The notes under the pieces were generated by a model, which did not search any database, was not told where the DNA came from, and saw nothing but the letters and a program-made list of their open reading frames with translations. This document shows positions 46,757-56,711 of a DNA stretch of 64,000 nt, one piece after another. This DNA comes from Oceanispirochaeta sp. Lineage in GTDB: Bacteria; Spirochaetota; Spirochaetia; DSM-2461. Position 1 is the stretch's first letter. Each line of letters begins with the position of its first letter. The stretch lies in assembly GCA_963663385.2 (NCBI GenBank), contig CAXXXD010000004.1, forward strand, positions 224,001 to 288,000, in the 5' to 3' direction. The position numbers were made by a program, and so were the translations under genes.

Positions 46757-48409
46757 TCAGTAGCCGTCCGAAGCAGCGCGGTTCAAATCCTTTTTGTAAA
46801 GTTCGTTATAAACAAAACCCCGGTTCCGCAGTCTGTCTTTCAGCTCCTGCGGGAAAGGAATGTCCCTCCAGAATATCCCGCGGGCTTCTTTATCGAGTTT
46901 CTGAACACCTTCACTCTCTTTTGTTACCCATAAAATATAATCTTCAATAAATTTCAGGCGGACATCCCCGCGCATTTTCCGTTCTGAGAAGAACTGGTAG
47001 TAGTGGCCTGTGAGACCTTCTTCCATCCAGTAGTGCTGAGCCTTCTCCTTGGCCACCTGCCATCTGAGATCCGCTACAGCATGGATCACAGCAATCTTAA
47101 GGTTCTTGGGATACATAGGAATGGCTATGCGTCCCCGGCTGGTGGATCTGTTATACCGTTCAAAGGGTTCCCAGCAGATTCCAAAATCACCATAACAGGG
47201 TATCAGAATAATATGAGGAACAATACGGTTGGTTTTCTGTTTAAATGTCCTGTGAAAAAGGCTTGGATCGATGGATTCAATTTCATGGAGCTGTTTGATA
47301 ACATTTTCCCGTGTGGCCACATCTTCCAGGCGGGGGGTAAAGAACTGTTTCATCAGAATGGGCAGGTGGTTCCCCTGTCTGCCTACACACAGTTTTGCCA
47401 TCTGCCGGATGCTGGAGATCTCTTTTTGAACAACCGAGCGGTCTACCTCCATAATACTGCCCATTTTTCTGGCGGTCTGTTGAAACATTCTGTAGTTCTG
47501 GTCTGCTTCATTCAGTTGTTTATAATGGACGGTCATCTCCCTCTGCAGCTGTGAAAGTTCCCGGGTAAGGTTGATAATATCCATGAGCCCCCGTGTCTGT
47601 CCTTCCGTATAGATGCTTTCCAGTTCAGAAAAAGCAGCGTTGCGGGTATGTTCAGAGATCTCATTGATCCTGTTTTTTATCATATTCTCCCGCTGGCTCC
47701 GCTTCATTTGAAGGTTCTGAAGGGTTGTAAGGTGGGCGTCCCTGCTCCCCTTGGATTTATCAAGCTGCATCCGGACTTTCTGGTCCTGGGTTCTTTTTGC
47801 CGGTTTTGTCTCATCCGAGGCCAGGGGTGCTACATAACCGCCCAGAACCTTAAGAAGCCACTCATCAACATAATGGATAGGTTCTCCGCATGTATTCCTG
47901 TCGATAATACTGCCGAGCATCTTACGCTGGTCCGCAGAGATAATGTTGGGCAAAAGGATGGCAAATCGTAGAAACAGACGTTTCGGTTCCGTTTCCCATT
48001 GGCCTGCTTTGCCGGATATCAACGTATAGAGTTCCCAGAACTGGGTTATCAGCTTTGTCCGGAAAATCTGTTTTTCCTTGGGATCCTTTGTTTTCAGGAA
48101 CTGGGAGAGAATGCTGTGGATTGTATGGGAGACCTCTCCTTCTCCGGCCAGTACGGATTTATAGAAGTTCGCATTGGAAAAGATAGGGTTGGGATCCCGG
48201 GATAGCTCATCAGGGACAAGAAAGGACTCTCTGGTTATATCGTCTTCGGCAGAGGTATCGGTCTGGGAAGTCTCATCCTGAGAAGTTTCATCAAACAGGT
48301 TTTCATAATCAGGCGGCGCATTCAGATCGGCGGTGCCGTTTGTGCCAAGTCCCAGAAGAGAAGCAATTTCCGGATCTATATCGCCTGAAAAGATATCATC
48401 GTTCTCCAT
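46757..48409 (-). CDS. Hypothetical cytoplasmic protein (acidic N-terminus, central coiled coil)
   Basis: 550-aa ORF; no catalytic motif recognised. Confidence 0.8.
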   Translation of the reverse strand: MENDDIFSGDIDPEIASLLGLGTNGTADLNAPPDYENLFDETSQDETSQTDTSAEDDITRESFLVPDELSRDPNPIFSNANFYKSVLAGEGEVSHTIHSILSQFLKTKDPKEKQIFRTKLITQFWELYTLISGKAGQWETEPKRLFLRFAILLPNIISADQRKMLGSIIDRNTCGEPIHYVDEWLLKVLGGYVAPLASDETKPAKRTQDQKVRMQLDKSKGSRDAHLTTLQNLQMKRSQRENMIKNRINEISEHTRNAAFSELESIYTEGQTRGLMDIINLTRELSQLQREMTVHYKQLNEADQNYRMFQQTARKMGSIMEVDRSVVQKEISSIRQMAKLCVGRQGNHLPILMKQFFTPRLEDVATRENVIKQLHEIESIDPSLFHRTFKQKTNRIVPHIILIPCYGDFGICWEPFERYNRSTSRGRIAIPMYPKNLKIAVIHAVADLRWQVAKEKAQHYWMEEGLTGHYYQFFSERKMRGDVRLKFIEDYILWVTKESEGVQKLDKEARGIFWRDIPFPQELKDRLRNRGFVYNELYKKDLNRAASDGY

Positions 48410-48436
48410 TATTGTACCCCGATTTCAATTCTGCAT

Positions 48437-48487
48437 AAAAAAAAGAGCTGAAAACAGCCTTTCGTATAAGGACAATTTTCAGCTCTT
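48437..48487 (-). terminator. Terminator hairpin downstream of tRNA-Ala
   Basis: AAGAGCTGAAAA...TTTTCAGCTCTT with an adjacent A run (U tail on the minus strand). Confidence 0.7.
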
Positions 48488-48489
48488 AA

Positions 48490-48563
48490 TGGAGGTGGTG
48501 GGAATCGAACCCATGACCTCGTGAATGCCATTCACGCGCTCTAGCCAACTGAGCTACACCCCC
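48490..48563 (-). tRNA. tRNA-Ala(GGC)
   Basis: Reverse complement GGGGGTGTAGCTCAGTTGGCTAGAGC..CGTGA-AT-GGC-AT-TCACG..GGTTCGATTCC; G3:U70 pair. Confidence 0.97.
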
Positions 48564-48664
48564 AAAATGTATGGCCATCTTAATGACTTATCTGAAAGCT
48601 GTCAATACATTCTGTGTAAATTTAATCTATTGTATTATGCCTGTTCCGTCAATATAATAGAGGC

Positions 48665-49600
48665 ATGGAAAAAATCCCCGGAAAGGAACTCCCCCATCTC
48701 CTTATCTCAGAAATAAATCGCGTTATAAAGGGACAGGCCCGTTTATTGAAACTTTTTATTACCGGGATACTGGCGGACGGGCACATTCTTCTTGAAGGGC
48801 TGCCCGGTACGGGGAAAACGACTCTGGCTCAGACCCTTTCCGCACTGATTGACCAATCCGATTTCAGAAGGATCCAGTTTACTCCGGACCTTCTTCCTTA
48901 TGATATAACAGGAATCGATGTCTGGAATCAGGAATCCCGCTGTTTTGAATTCAAACCCGGTCCTGTTTTTACTCATATCCTTCTGGCTGATGAAATCAAC
49001 CGGACCACACCCAAGGTTCAATCGGCCCTCCTGGAGGTTATGGCGGAACAGCAGGTTTCAATCGGCAGGGATACTTATGCATTGAAAGATTTTTTCCTTG
49101 TACTGGCAACACAGAATCCACTGGATCATGAGGGGACCTATCCTCTCCCCGAGGCACAAAAGGATCGTTTTCTCATGAAGCTGGTTCCTGACTATCCGGA
49201 TCCGGAATCAGAACTTGCCGTTCTGAAGGGTGATCCGTCTCATGCGGTTCTTCCCCTTCTGAAACCGGTCTGTACGGTGGATGACTTCCTGAACTGCCGG
49301 CGGGAAGCATCCCGGGTTTTCTGTGATGATTCCCTTCTTCAGTGTATTGTCAGGATTGTCCGGAAAACCAGAGAGCATAGGGACTTAACGGCCGGCGTCT
49401 CTCCCCGGGGCGCTCTGATGCTGCTGGCAGCCTGTCGTAGCAGCGCCTTTATTGATAAAAGGGATTATGTGACAGATCAGGATATCCTGGATGTGGCGTC
49501 TGCCGTTCTGGCCCACAGGATAATGCCTTACAGCACAGACCTGGATTGTGCCGGATTTATAGATGAGGTTGTGCGTGGTGAAATCGAAAAACTGCATTAA
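48665..49600 (+). CDS. MoxR family AAA+ ATPase
   Basis: GHILLEGLPGTGKT, RIQFTPDLLP, LADEINR, ATQNP, YPLPEAQKDRF, GVSPRG. Confidence 0.96.
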   Translation: MEKIPGKELPHLLISEINRVIKGQARLLKLFITGILADGHILLEGLPGTGKTTLAQTLSALIDQSDFRRIQFTPDLLPYDITGIDVWNQESRCFEFKPGPVFTHILLADEINRTTPKVQSALLEVMAEQQVSIGRDTYALKDFFLVLATQNPLDHEGTYPLPEAQKDRFLMKLVPDYPDPESELAVLKGDPSHAVLPLLKPVCTVDDFLNCRREASRVFCDDSLLQCIVRIVRKTREHRDLTAGVSPRGALMLLAACRSSAFIDKRDYVTDQDILDVASAVLAHRIMPYSTDLDCAGFIDEVVRGEIEKLH

Positions 49601-49633
49601 CTCCGGTGGAGCCGCTTTTTTTTTCTTTCCCTG

Positions 49634-50668
49634 ATGAGTCTGGCAGCCGGACTGTTCCTGCGCAGTCTCCCGCTCCTGTCTATGGGGATCCTTAATCTCT
49701 TCGTTTTTTTATGCATTGGCGTTCCTTTTCTCCTTCTCTCTTTTCGCATCAGAAAAATTGTGATTTTTCCGGTGCTGCCCCATCGCATGGATGATGCATC
49801 CCTCCTGAAAGAATACTGCAGGGATATTTTCCCCGTATCCCGGGGGCTTCGTTTCTCCTGTCTGCTGGATCTTCAGTGGGAAGAATACAGGTCCCTTCAA
49901 CTGAGCAGTTCTGACAGGGGACCCGGGGAGGGCACGACGGACCGGTTCTGCAGAGGAATTTACACCATCAACTCGTGCAAACTGGTAGTCCGGGACAGGT
50001 TTAATCTGTTCCGGACCGAGTTCTCCCGGGATTACAGGCAGATCCTGACGGTCTATCCAGCCGGGAACGGAACAGGCTCCCAGGCTCTGCTGAAGAGATT
50101 TAGTTCCGAGGCCCGGACCGCCAGCCGGTCCCTTCTGAAGGACAGCAGTTACTACGAGTCCCGGCTCTACTCTCCCGGGGACGATCCCAGGCGGATCAAC
50201 TGGAAACTTCAGGCCCGGTTTGGAAGCCTTTTTGTCAAGGATGGTTATACCGCTTCCCCCTCCGGGAAAAAAATCCTGATGCTGGCAGATGGCAGGGGGG
50301 CACTGCCCTCAGTGGATAATTTATACCGTGAGTGCCGTTCCCTGCTGGAAGCCCTTCTTGAGCATGGGTTCGATATTTATCTCCACGCTACTGGAATGAG
50401 TGCTCCCGTAAAGGTTTCTGTACCTTTCGGTCAGGATGGATATAATACACTCCTGGCATCTGCTCCACCGGTTCCGTTTGATGCGGGGGGGATTGATTTA
50501 TCCGTTTCCTATGGTGCGGTGTTCCTTTTTACTGCCGATACTTCCATACTGGAAAAACTGAAGGGGGATCTGTTTACTTCCGAAAGGGTTCTCAAGTTTT
50601 TGTTTCTACCAGAAAATGAAACTCAGAGACAGATCAGGGGAGGTTGGCATGTCAGTGAAATTCGGTAG
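49634..50668 (+). CDS. DUF58 domain protein; true start probably GTG 49578 across a T9 frameshift
   Basis: RGIY, DRFNLF, VYP, RLYSPGDDPRRINWK..LFVK; lies directly after moxR. Confidence 0.85.
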   Translation: MSLAAGLFLRSLPLLSMGILNLFVFLCIGVPFLLLSFRIRKIVIFPVLPHRMDDASLLKEYCRDIFPVSRGLRFSCLLDLQWEEYRSLQLSSSDRGPGEGTTDRFCRGIYTINSCKLVVRDRFNLFRTEFSRDYRQILTVYPAGNGTGSQALLKRFSSEARTASRSLLKDSSYYESRLYSPGDDPRRINWKLQARFGSLFVKDGYTASPSGKKILMLADGRGALPSVDNLYRECRSLLEALLEHGFDIYLHATGMSAPVKVSVPFGQDGYNTLLASAPPVPFDAGGIDLSVSYGAVFLFTADTSILEKLKGDLFTSERVLKFLFLPENETQRQIRGGWHVSEIR

Positions 50669-52778
50669 CTCCTGTGTCAGGAACTTTATGCATATCCTCT
50701 TATTTCTTCTCTACTGGACTGCCTGTTCGGGAGAACTGTCCCTGTATGGGGGAATCATAATTTTCCTGGTTTTCTATATTCCTTTCCTGCTGCCGGTTTT
50801 CCGGGGGAGCCGGTCCCTATGGACGAGAGCCCTTTTTTATATTCTGTTTATTCTTCTTCTGTTTCCGGCAGTCAGACTGTATCAACTGGTGACGGCGGGA
50901 CTCTCTCCTCCCTGGGATTTAGGGGGAATCCTTTTTCAGTCCCACTATATTCTAATCGTTCCCCCTCTCCTTATTTGTCTGTTTCTGGTGTCTGCCGCCG
51001 AGAAAATCCCCTGGTTTTATACATTTGAAGTTCTACTCTACTCAGCTTTACTCGCGTTCTTTACTGGAAAACCGGACTGGAATCTGCAGGACTATTCGGG
51101 GCGCCTGATTCTTACCTGTCTGGCATTGTCAGCCGGAAGCGGCGGGATTCTCCTTCTCCTTTTATGGGGGAGGGGGAAAACCGTTCAGATTGATGTTTTC
51201 AGGGATATTCCGGTATTCCTGATACTGCTGAGTCTGGTTCTGATACCGGTCAGCCGCCTGTACCGTTCCGAGTCGGTAAAAGAGGGGGGCGGACTGCTGG
51301 AGTCGTCCCTCTTTCATTTCGATTTTACCGATTACCTGACCCTGGAAAGTAAAATCTCCATGAAAGATGAGCTGGTACTGCTTCTGCAGATGGAGGACGC
51401 ACCGGAAAAATCCTATCTGAGGCGGTATATACTGTCCGCCTATGACAGGGACAGAGGATTTTTCCGGGACCCTGAAAATACTCCCGAATCGGAGGATCTG
51501 TTCCTGCCGGAGTACCGGGTTCCTGAAAAGCCGGTAAAATGGGATATTCCGTTTTATTCCCGGCGGGAAAAGCTGGAGCAAACCCTGTATTTCATCAATT
51601 TTGATTCAGCCGCCTTTCTTGGCATAAACCTTCCGGAGGAAATCACCCCCTATTATACCTGGGAGGACTCTTCTTTTTCCCGGATCTATACGGTGGGATC
51701 TTCTGTCAGCCGGGCTAGCGTCTGGGATCTGATTCCGGAGGACCCCCTGCCGGCGGCGTCCCGGGAAAATGCCACTTTTCTGGAATACTATACGGAATGG
51801 GGGAAACAGGATGACGCCCGTCAGAATATTAAAGCACTGGCAGAAGATATTACCGGGGGGATAGAAGGGTATTATCAGAAAGCGGCTGCCATTCAGGAAT
51901 ACCTGCAAAACGAATACCTCTACTCTCTATCCCCCGGAACAGCGGAGGACGGCGATCAGCTCTCTTACTTTCTTTTTGATGCCAAAAAGGGGTACTGCTC
52001 CTATTTCGCCTTTTCCATGACTCTTCTCTGCCGCAGCATCGGGATACCCGCGCGGGTAGCCCTGGGTTTCTGGGTGGATACGGGATCGGAGGTCCTGAAC
52101 TTTTATCCGGTCAACGCCAATCAGGCTCATGCCTGGGTGGAGGTTTACTTTCCCCGGTTCGGATGGATGGAATTTGATCCGACTTCCCAGACCCCGGCTC
52201 CCGGAGAGGATTACGAGTTCGCCAGCTTCAATCCGGAAGAACTGGAGCCGTTTATTACAGAGATCCTGGCTAAGCAGGGATCTTTAACCGTCTCTGATAT
52301 TACAACCGCCGAGCCATCCGCTTCCCCGGGGCGTTTCATCAGGGAGCAGTGGAAGAAAGTGCTGAACCATCCGTTTCTGACTGCTGCCGGTTTTATCCTC
52401 CTTCTGTCCGGACTCTCTTTTCTAAGGCTTTTTATCTCTTTTTCATCCTTCCCCCGGACGGAAAACCGGATCCTCTTCTGGTACAGACTTCACAGAACTG
52501 TATTGATTGGCGGTCTGGGGCTGGATGGGGCTGTTTCGACGCCTCTGGAGCTGGCGGAGGCCTGCCGCGGCAGGGGCTTCGGGGAAGCCGATGCTTTCTG
52601 CAGAAATTATCTTCTGCTGCGCTTCGGGAAGGATCCGGTCAGGCGGAACAAAAATGCCCTTTCCGACTGGTTCGATTCAGCCAGAGAAATGCGAAGGCGT
52701 TTATACAGCAATATAGGGATAGGGAAAAGCATCCGGTTATTTACGGGGATGCTGATCAGACCCGGGAGGCGGTTATGA
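50649..52778 (+). CDS. Membrane protein with transglutaminase-like domain (TgpA-like)
   Basis: N-terminal TM helices; GYCSYFA, IPARVALGF, AHAWVEVYF, GWMEFDPT (Cys-His-Asp triad). Confidence 0.92.
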   Translation: MSVKFGSSCVRNFMHILLFLLYWTACSGELSLYGGIIIFLVFYIPFLLPVFRGSRSLWTRALFYILFILLLFPAVRLYQLVTAGLSPPWDLGGILFQSHYILIVPPLLICLFLVSAAEKIPWFYTFEVLLYSALLAFFTGKPDWNLQDYSGRLILTCLALSAGSGGILLLLLWGRGKTVQIDVFRDIPVFLILLSLVLIPVSRLYRSESVKEGGGLLESSLFHFDFTDYLTLESKISMKDELVLLLQMEDAPEKSYLRRYILSAYDRDRGFFRDPENTPESEDLFLPEYRVPEKPVKWDIPFYSRREKLEQTLYFINFDSAAFLGINLPEEITPYYTWEDSSFSRIYTVGSSVSRASVWDLIPEDPLPAASRENATFLEYYTEWGKQDDARQNIKALAEDITGGIEGYYQKAAAIQEYLQNEYLYSLSPGTAEDGDQLSYFLFDAKKGYCSYFAFSMTLLCRSIGIPARVALGFWVDTGSEVLNFYPVNANQAHAWVEVYFPRFGWMEFDPTSQTPAPGEDYEFASFNPEELEPFITEILAKQGSLTVSDITTAEPSASPGRFIREQWKKVLNHPFLTAAGFILLLSGLSFLRLFISFSSFPRTENRILFWYRLHRTVLIGGLGLDGAVSTPLELAEACRGRGFGEADAFCRNYLLLRFGKDPVRRNKNALSDWFDSAREMRRRLYSNIGIGKSIRLFTGMLIRPGRRL

Positions 52779-54508
52779 TAAAACGATTGATACTCCTGGT
52801 TCTCCTCCTTGTCTGTCCGGTCCTCGGGTCGGCTGAGTCGGCTGAAAATCTGCTGGATGAGATTGACCGGGCTATTACCGGCGAGTTCTATTCCCGTGCC
52901 CTCAGTCTCCTGAAAACGGGTTCCCTCCTTTATCCCGGGGACTTCCGTTTTCCTGTGGCCGAAGGAGATCTGTATAGTACCAGGAAGCTGTATAATCTTG
53001 CTCTGGCTTCCTATGAAAAAGCGGAGACCCTTGATCCTCTGAATCACAGAGTCCGCGAAGATATGGCTTCCACTCTGGCGTTTCTGGATCGGAATGAAGA
53101 GGCCATTGTCTATCTGGAAGGGCTTTTGGAAGAAGGGGATGATTCCAATCTGGCCGACGATCTCGGGTGGCTCTACTTCAAGACCCATCAGCCCGAAAAG
53201 GGGATTTCCTTGCTGGAGAATATCCTGGCAGGGGAATTTCACAAGTCCCTTGCCCTGACTCTCGGAACCCTTTATTCAGAGATTCCCAATCAGGAACTTT
53301 GCCGGAAATACTACCTGCTGGCCATAGACAGCGCTCTGTTGTCGGGAGAAAGCTATTTTGCTTCTGTCGGGTATTACAACCTCTCCCTGGCGGAACAGGC
53401 CTTCTACTCCTACGAGAAGGCCATCGAGTATGCCCGGCTTTCCCTGGAGCAGATGGACCGGGCGGGGGGGCACCTCGCTCTGGGCGACCTTTACCTGATG
53501 AAAGGGGATTATGAGAGTGCAGAAAGGGAGACAATGAAAGCTGTTCCCCTGGATAAAACGCCCCTGTCCACTCTGAATCTTGCATCCATACACAGGATGA
53601 AAGGGGAGCTGGACATTGCGCTGCGTGAAGCGGAATCTCTCCGGTCGGATGCCGATGATTCCTGGATGTACTATTACGGGATCGATTCCCGTCAATTTGA
53701 TATGGATGTCAATGAGCTTCTGCGGGACATCCATAAGGGGCTGTATAACCGGGAACGGCTTTTCCCGTCGAGAGGCATCCGGGGCGGCCTTCTGAAGCTG
53801 TTCAGGGCGGGCCGGAACTATGTTCTGTACCGGTATTATGATACGCAGTTCAGAATCCTGTCTTTCCGGGTGGGGCGGACCCAGTGGGAGAGGAGTTCTC
53901 CTCTGCGGGGTGCTCTGACCCTGGCTGCCGCTTCTGAGGGATTTGAGCCGACCGCAGTCAAATATCTGAGTTTTGCCCGGGATCAGGAGGCGGATGATCC
54001 CCTGTCTTCTCCCTGGTATAGCCTGGAGCTGGGGCGGGAGCGAAAAGACCGTGAATTACTGGGCCGTGCAATCGCCGATTTTCAGGAAGAATGGGAAGGC
54101 CGGCTGGTGGAGGAGTGTTCCAGAGAGATCCTCTACCTGAGCCGCCGGGATAGGAAGAGCCCTTCTTACCGGAAGAGTGCCACAGCGGTCTACTTTCAGA
54201 ATCCCGGAGGACTGGTTCAGTACGGTTTAAAACTCCCTCTTTATCTGAGTGTCAGCGGAGAAGATTCCTCTATTCTGAACCGGCTGCTGAAAAAGCAGAT
54301 GAATCATTCGGGCTTTTACCTTACACCCTCCTATGGGGGGGTAGAGGCGACTCTTCGGGTGCATTCCATCGGGGAACGGAGTTTCACTTACTCCCTTACC
54401 CGGGCGGACGGCAGCTCTGTCCTCTCCGGCCGGATTGATGCAGAACGGGGGAGGAAGGACGGGGTTTATGATCTGGTTTCATCTCTGACAACCTCCCTGT
54501 TTCCCTGA
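52775..54508 (+). CDS. Secreted tetratricopeptide-repeat protein
   Basis: Signal peptide MIKRLILLVLLLVCPVLGSA; repeated TPR-like units (GDLY, LGWLY, LGTLY, LGDLY); ATGA overlap. Confidence 0.85.
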   Translation: MIKRLILLVLLLVCPVLGSAESAENLLDEIDRAITGEFYSRALSLLKTGSLLYPGDFRFPVAEGDLYSTRKLYNLALASYEKAETLDPLNHRVREDMASTLAFLDRNEEAIVYLEGLLEEGDDSNLADDLGWLYFKTHQPEKGISLLENILAGEFHKSLALTLGTLYSEIPNQELCRKYYLLAIDSALLSGESYFASVGYYNLSLAEQAFYSYEKAIEYARLSLEQMDRAGGHLALGDLYLMKGDYESAERETMKAVPLDKTPLSTLNLASIHRMKGELDIALREAESLRSDADDSWMYYYGIDSRQFDMDVNELLRDIHKGLYNRERLFPSRGIRGGLLKLFRAGRNYVLYRYYDTQFRILSFRVGRTQWERSSPLRGALTLAAASEGFEPTAVKYLSFARDQEADDPLSSPWYSLELGRERKDRELLGRAIADFQEEWEGRLVEECSREILYLSRRDRKSPSYRKSATAVYFQNPGGLVQYGLKLPLYLSVSGEDSSILNRLLKKQMNHSGFYLTPSYGGVEATLRVHSIGERSFTYSLTRADGSSVLSGRIDAERGRKDGVYDLVSSLTTSLFP

Positions 54509-56640
54509 AACACCCAGCTGATACAGTCTTCCACTATTACCGTGTAGTCCTTTCCATTCTGTTTCAGTTTATAGGAACCGGTTTTGCCGCAGCTTTTGCA
54601 GGACTCTTTCAGAGAGTGTTTTCTGTAGCAGTTACGGCTGATAAAGAGGGGGAGTCCTGAGGAATCTCCGACAACGGAGAATCGGGCAGGGAGCTCTTCT
54701 GCGGGGGATTCCACCCAGCCGTAACAGCCTTTCAGATTTCCCGGTATTAACTCTTCAATGAGCATCAGTCCTGCCCTGTTGGCTGTGAGCAGACCCGTAT
54801 CAATAATGTAATCCCGGCTTCTGAAGTGCCCCTCTTTCATAAGGCCTATATGGCCCCAGTTGTTCAGTCCGAAAAGGGGTTCCGCCCCCGCGGTCTCGTC
54901 TTCGGCTTTTCGCAATGCGGCCGTATAGGAACCCTCCCCGCCGGGGAACTGAAGAGGCGATAGGGGAATAAAGGCTGTCCCTCTCCATCGGCCGGGTTTC
55001 GGGTGTGCCTGATGAAGGGAAAAATCTGTAAGGTAGGGCAGGGGAGTTCCCCCGGGTGTCCATTCCTTCCGAGGGGGGAGTGCCTTCCATTCCGTTCTTT
55101 TCTCGAAATCAAGCCACTCTCTATCCAGTTCCGAAAGGATAAAGTCTTTTTTCTCTGTCAACTGCCTTCTCTGATGTTCCATGAAAAGCCGGTAGATTTC
55201 CTGTCGGATCTTCTTGATGCGGGACGGGGGAAGGAAAAGCCCGTTCCCCCTCCTGTCCTCTTCCGGAAAACGTATGGGGCCGAATGTAAAATTATACTCT
55301 CCCGATCTGGAGAATTCAGTCCGGATTTTCTTCTCAAGCAGGTCCTGTTTATCTGATGCCTGTGCTTCCAGGGGGATGGAATGACGGAACCCCCATGATG
55401 GTACGGCCAGGTTGATTTCTGTTTCAGAAAGGGTGACTTCCAGGGAAATCGGCTTTTTATAGGGGGAATAGGCTTCCGTCCTTATCTCCTTCCAATGGTG
55501 AGCGTGGGACTGTACTTTGTAAATGGTCGCTCCTGTTACCGGGAGAGGGTCATTAAGCTGAAGCCTGACCCGTCCGGGGGGATAGGAATCTCGTTTTCCG
55601 GGAAACCGGACCGCAAACTGGATCGCCCTGTTCTTTTTATCCAGGTACATTAATCCGTCTCTTGTATTCAGGCTGACGGCGGACTCCAGCGTAATGACTT
55701 TCCCATTGTTTCCGACGACTTCTCCCGCCGGGACACCCATGTGGGAGGGGTAGGCGGTATTGATCATGTCTTCCCCCTTCCGGCTGAAAAGGTGGCCTTT
55801 TACCGGTTTCCTGGCATAGGCTATCCGGGCCTCTTCTTCCAGATACCGGATCTTTTCACTAGCCTCCCCGTCCAGAATGTGGCGGTAGAGCTTTGAGACA
55901 GAAGCCGCATAGGCGGGGGATTTCATTCGTCCTTCGATCTTCAGGGAACAGATGCCCGCATCGGACATTTTCCGGATATCCTCCCCGGCATACAGGTCGT
56001 TGCAGGAGAAGAAATAGCCCTGGTCATCATTCTGTTCAAACCAGGTCCTGCATATCTGTCCGCAGTCCCCCCTGTTCCCCGACCGCCCGAGGAGCAGGCC
56101 CGAGGCCAGGCACATCCCTGAAAATCCATAGCACTGGGCGCCGTGGATAAACGCCTCCAGCTCCAGATCAGGACAGGCTCTATGGAGTATCTCCATTTCG
56201 CTCATACTCAGTTCCCGGGGGAGTACAACCCTTTTAAATCCGATCTCCTGAAGGGTTTTCAGCCCCCATGCATTATGAACAGCCATTTGAGTCGAACCGT
56301 GAAGATCCAGGCCGGGGAAGTGGTCCCGGACAATCTTGACCAGACCCGGATCCTGTACAATCAGGCCGTCCGGATCCATCTCGTCTATAATCTGAAGGGT
56401 GTCGATAACCCGGGGAAGTTCACTCTCTTTCAGGATGGTATTAAGGGTGATATAGACCTTCTTCTCCCGGGATAAGGTCCACTGCCGCAGACGGCTCAGC
56501 TGATCAGGGGTGAGGTTTTTTGCCGCTTTTCTGGCGGAAAAACTCTGCAGGCCGCAATACACCGCATCCGCTCCGTTTTCCAGCGCTGCCATGGCTGATT
56601 CAAAACTGCCCCCCGGGGCAAGAAGTTCGGTTCTGTTCAT
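54466..56640 (-). CDS. Peptidase U32 family protein (RlhA-like Fe-S RNA hydroxylase)
   Basis: ELLAPGG, GADAVYCG, HGSTQM, VLPREL, EAFIHGAQCYGFSGMC..NRGDCGQICR, SLKIEGRMK. Confidence 0.92.
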   Translation of the reverse strand: MNRTELLAPGGSFESAMAALENGADAVYCGLQSFSARKAAKNLTPDQLSRLRQWTLSREKKVYITLNTILKESELPRVIDTLQIIDEMDPDGLIVQDPGLVKIVRDHFPGLDLHGSTQMAVHNAWGLKTLQEIGFKRVVLPRELSMSEMEILHRACPDLELEAFIHGAQCYGFSGMCLASGLLLGRSGNRGDCGQICRTWFEQNDDQGYFFSCNDLYAGEDIRKMSDAGICSLKIEGRMKSPAYAASVSKLYRHILDGEASEKIRYLEEEARIAYARKPVKGHLFSRKGEDMINTAYPSHMGVPAGEVVGNNGKVITLESAVSLNTRDGLMYLDKKNRAIQFAVRFPGKRDSYPPGRVRLQLNDPLPVTGATIYKVQSHAHHWKEIRTEAYSPYKKPISLEVTLSETEINLAVPSWGFRHSIPLEAQASDKQDLLEKKIRTEFSRSGEYNFTFGPIRFPEEDRRGNGLFLPPSRIKKIRQEIYRLFMEHQRRQLTEKKDFILSELDREWLDFEKRTEWKALPPRKEWTPGGTPLPYLTDFSLHQAHPKPGRWRGTAFIPLSPLQFPGGEGSYTAALRKAEDETAGAEPLFGLNNWGHIGLMKEGHFRSRDYIIDTGLLTANRAGLMLIEELIPGNLKGCYGWVESPAEELPARFSVVGDSSGLPLFISRNCYRKHSLKESCKSCGKTGSYKLKQNGKDYTVIVEDCISWVFQGNREVVRDETRS

Positions 56641-56711
56641 GGGGAAAATCTAACATTGTGTTTCTCCTTTGTATAGTTTGGCTTTTCCTTTTTCTGGTAT
56701 AATCTGCGAGT

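Noticed and set aside
52349..52774. N-terminal extension of the TPR ORF (similar cases at 4962, 15780, 30359 and 39835)
   Set aside because: The extensions overlap neighbouring genes or leader regions. RBS position, signal peptides and family N-termini favour the downstream starts.
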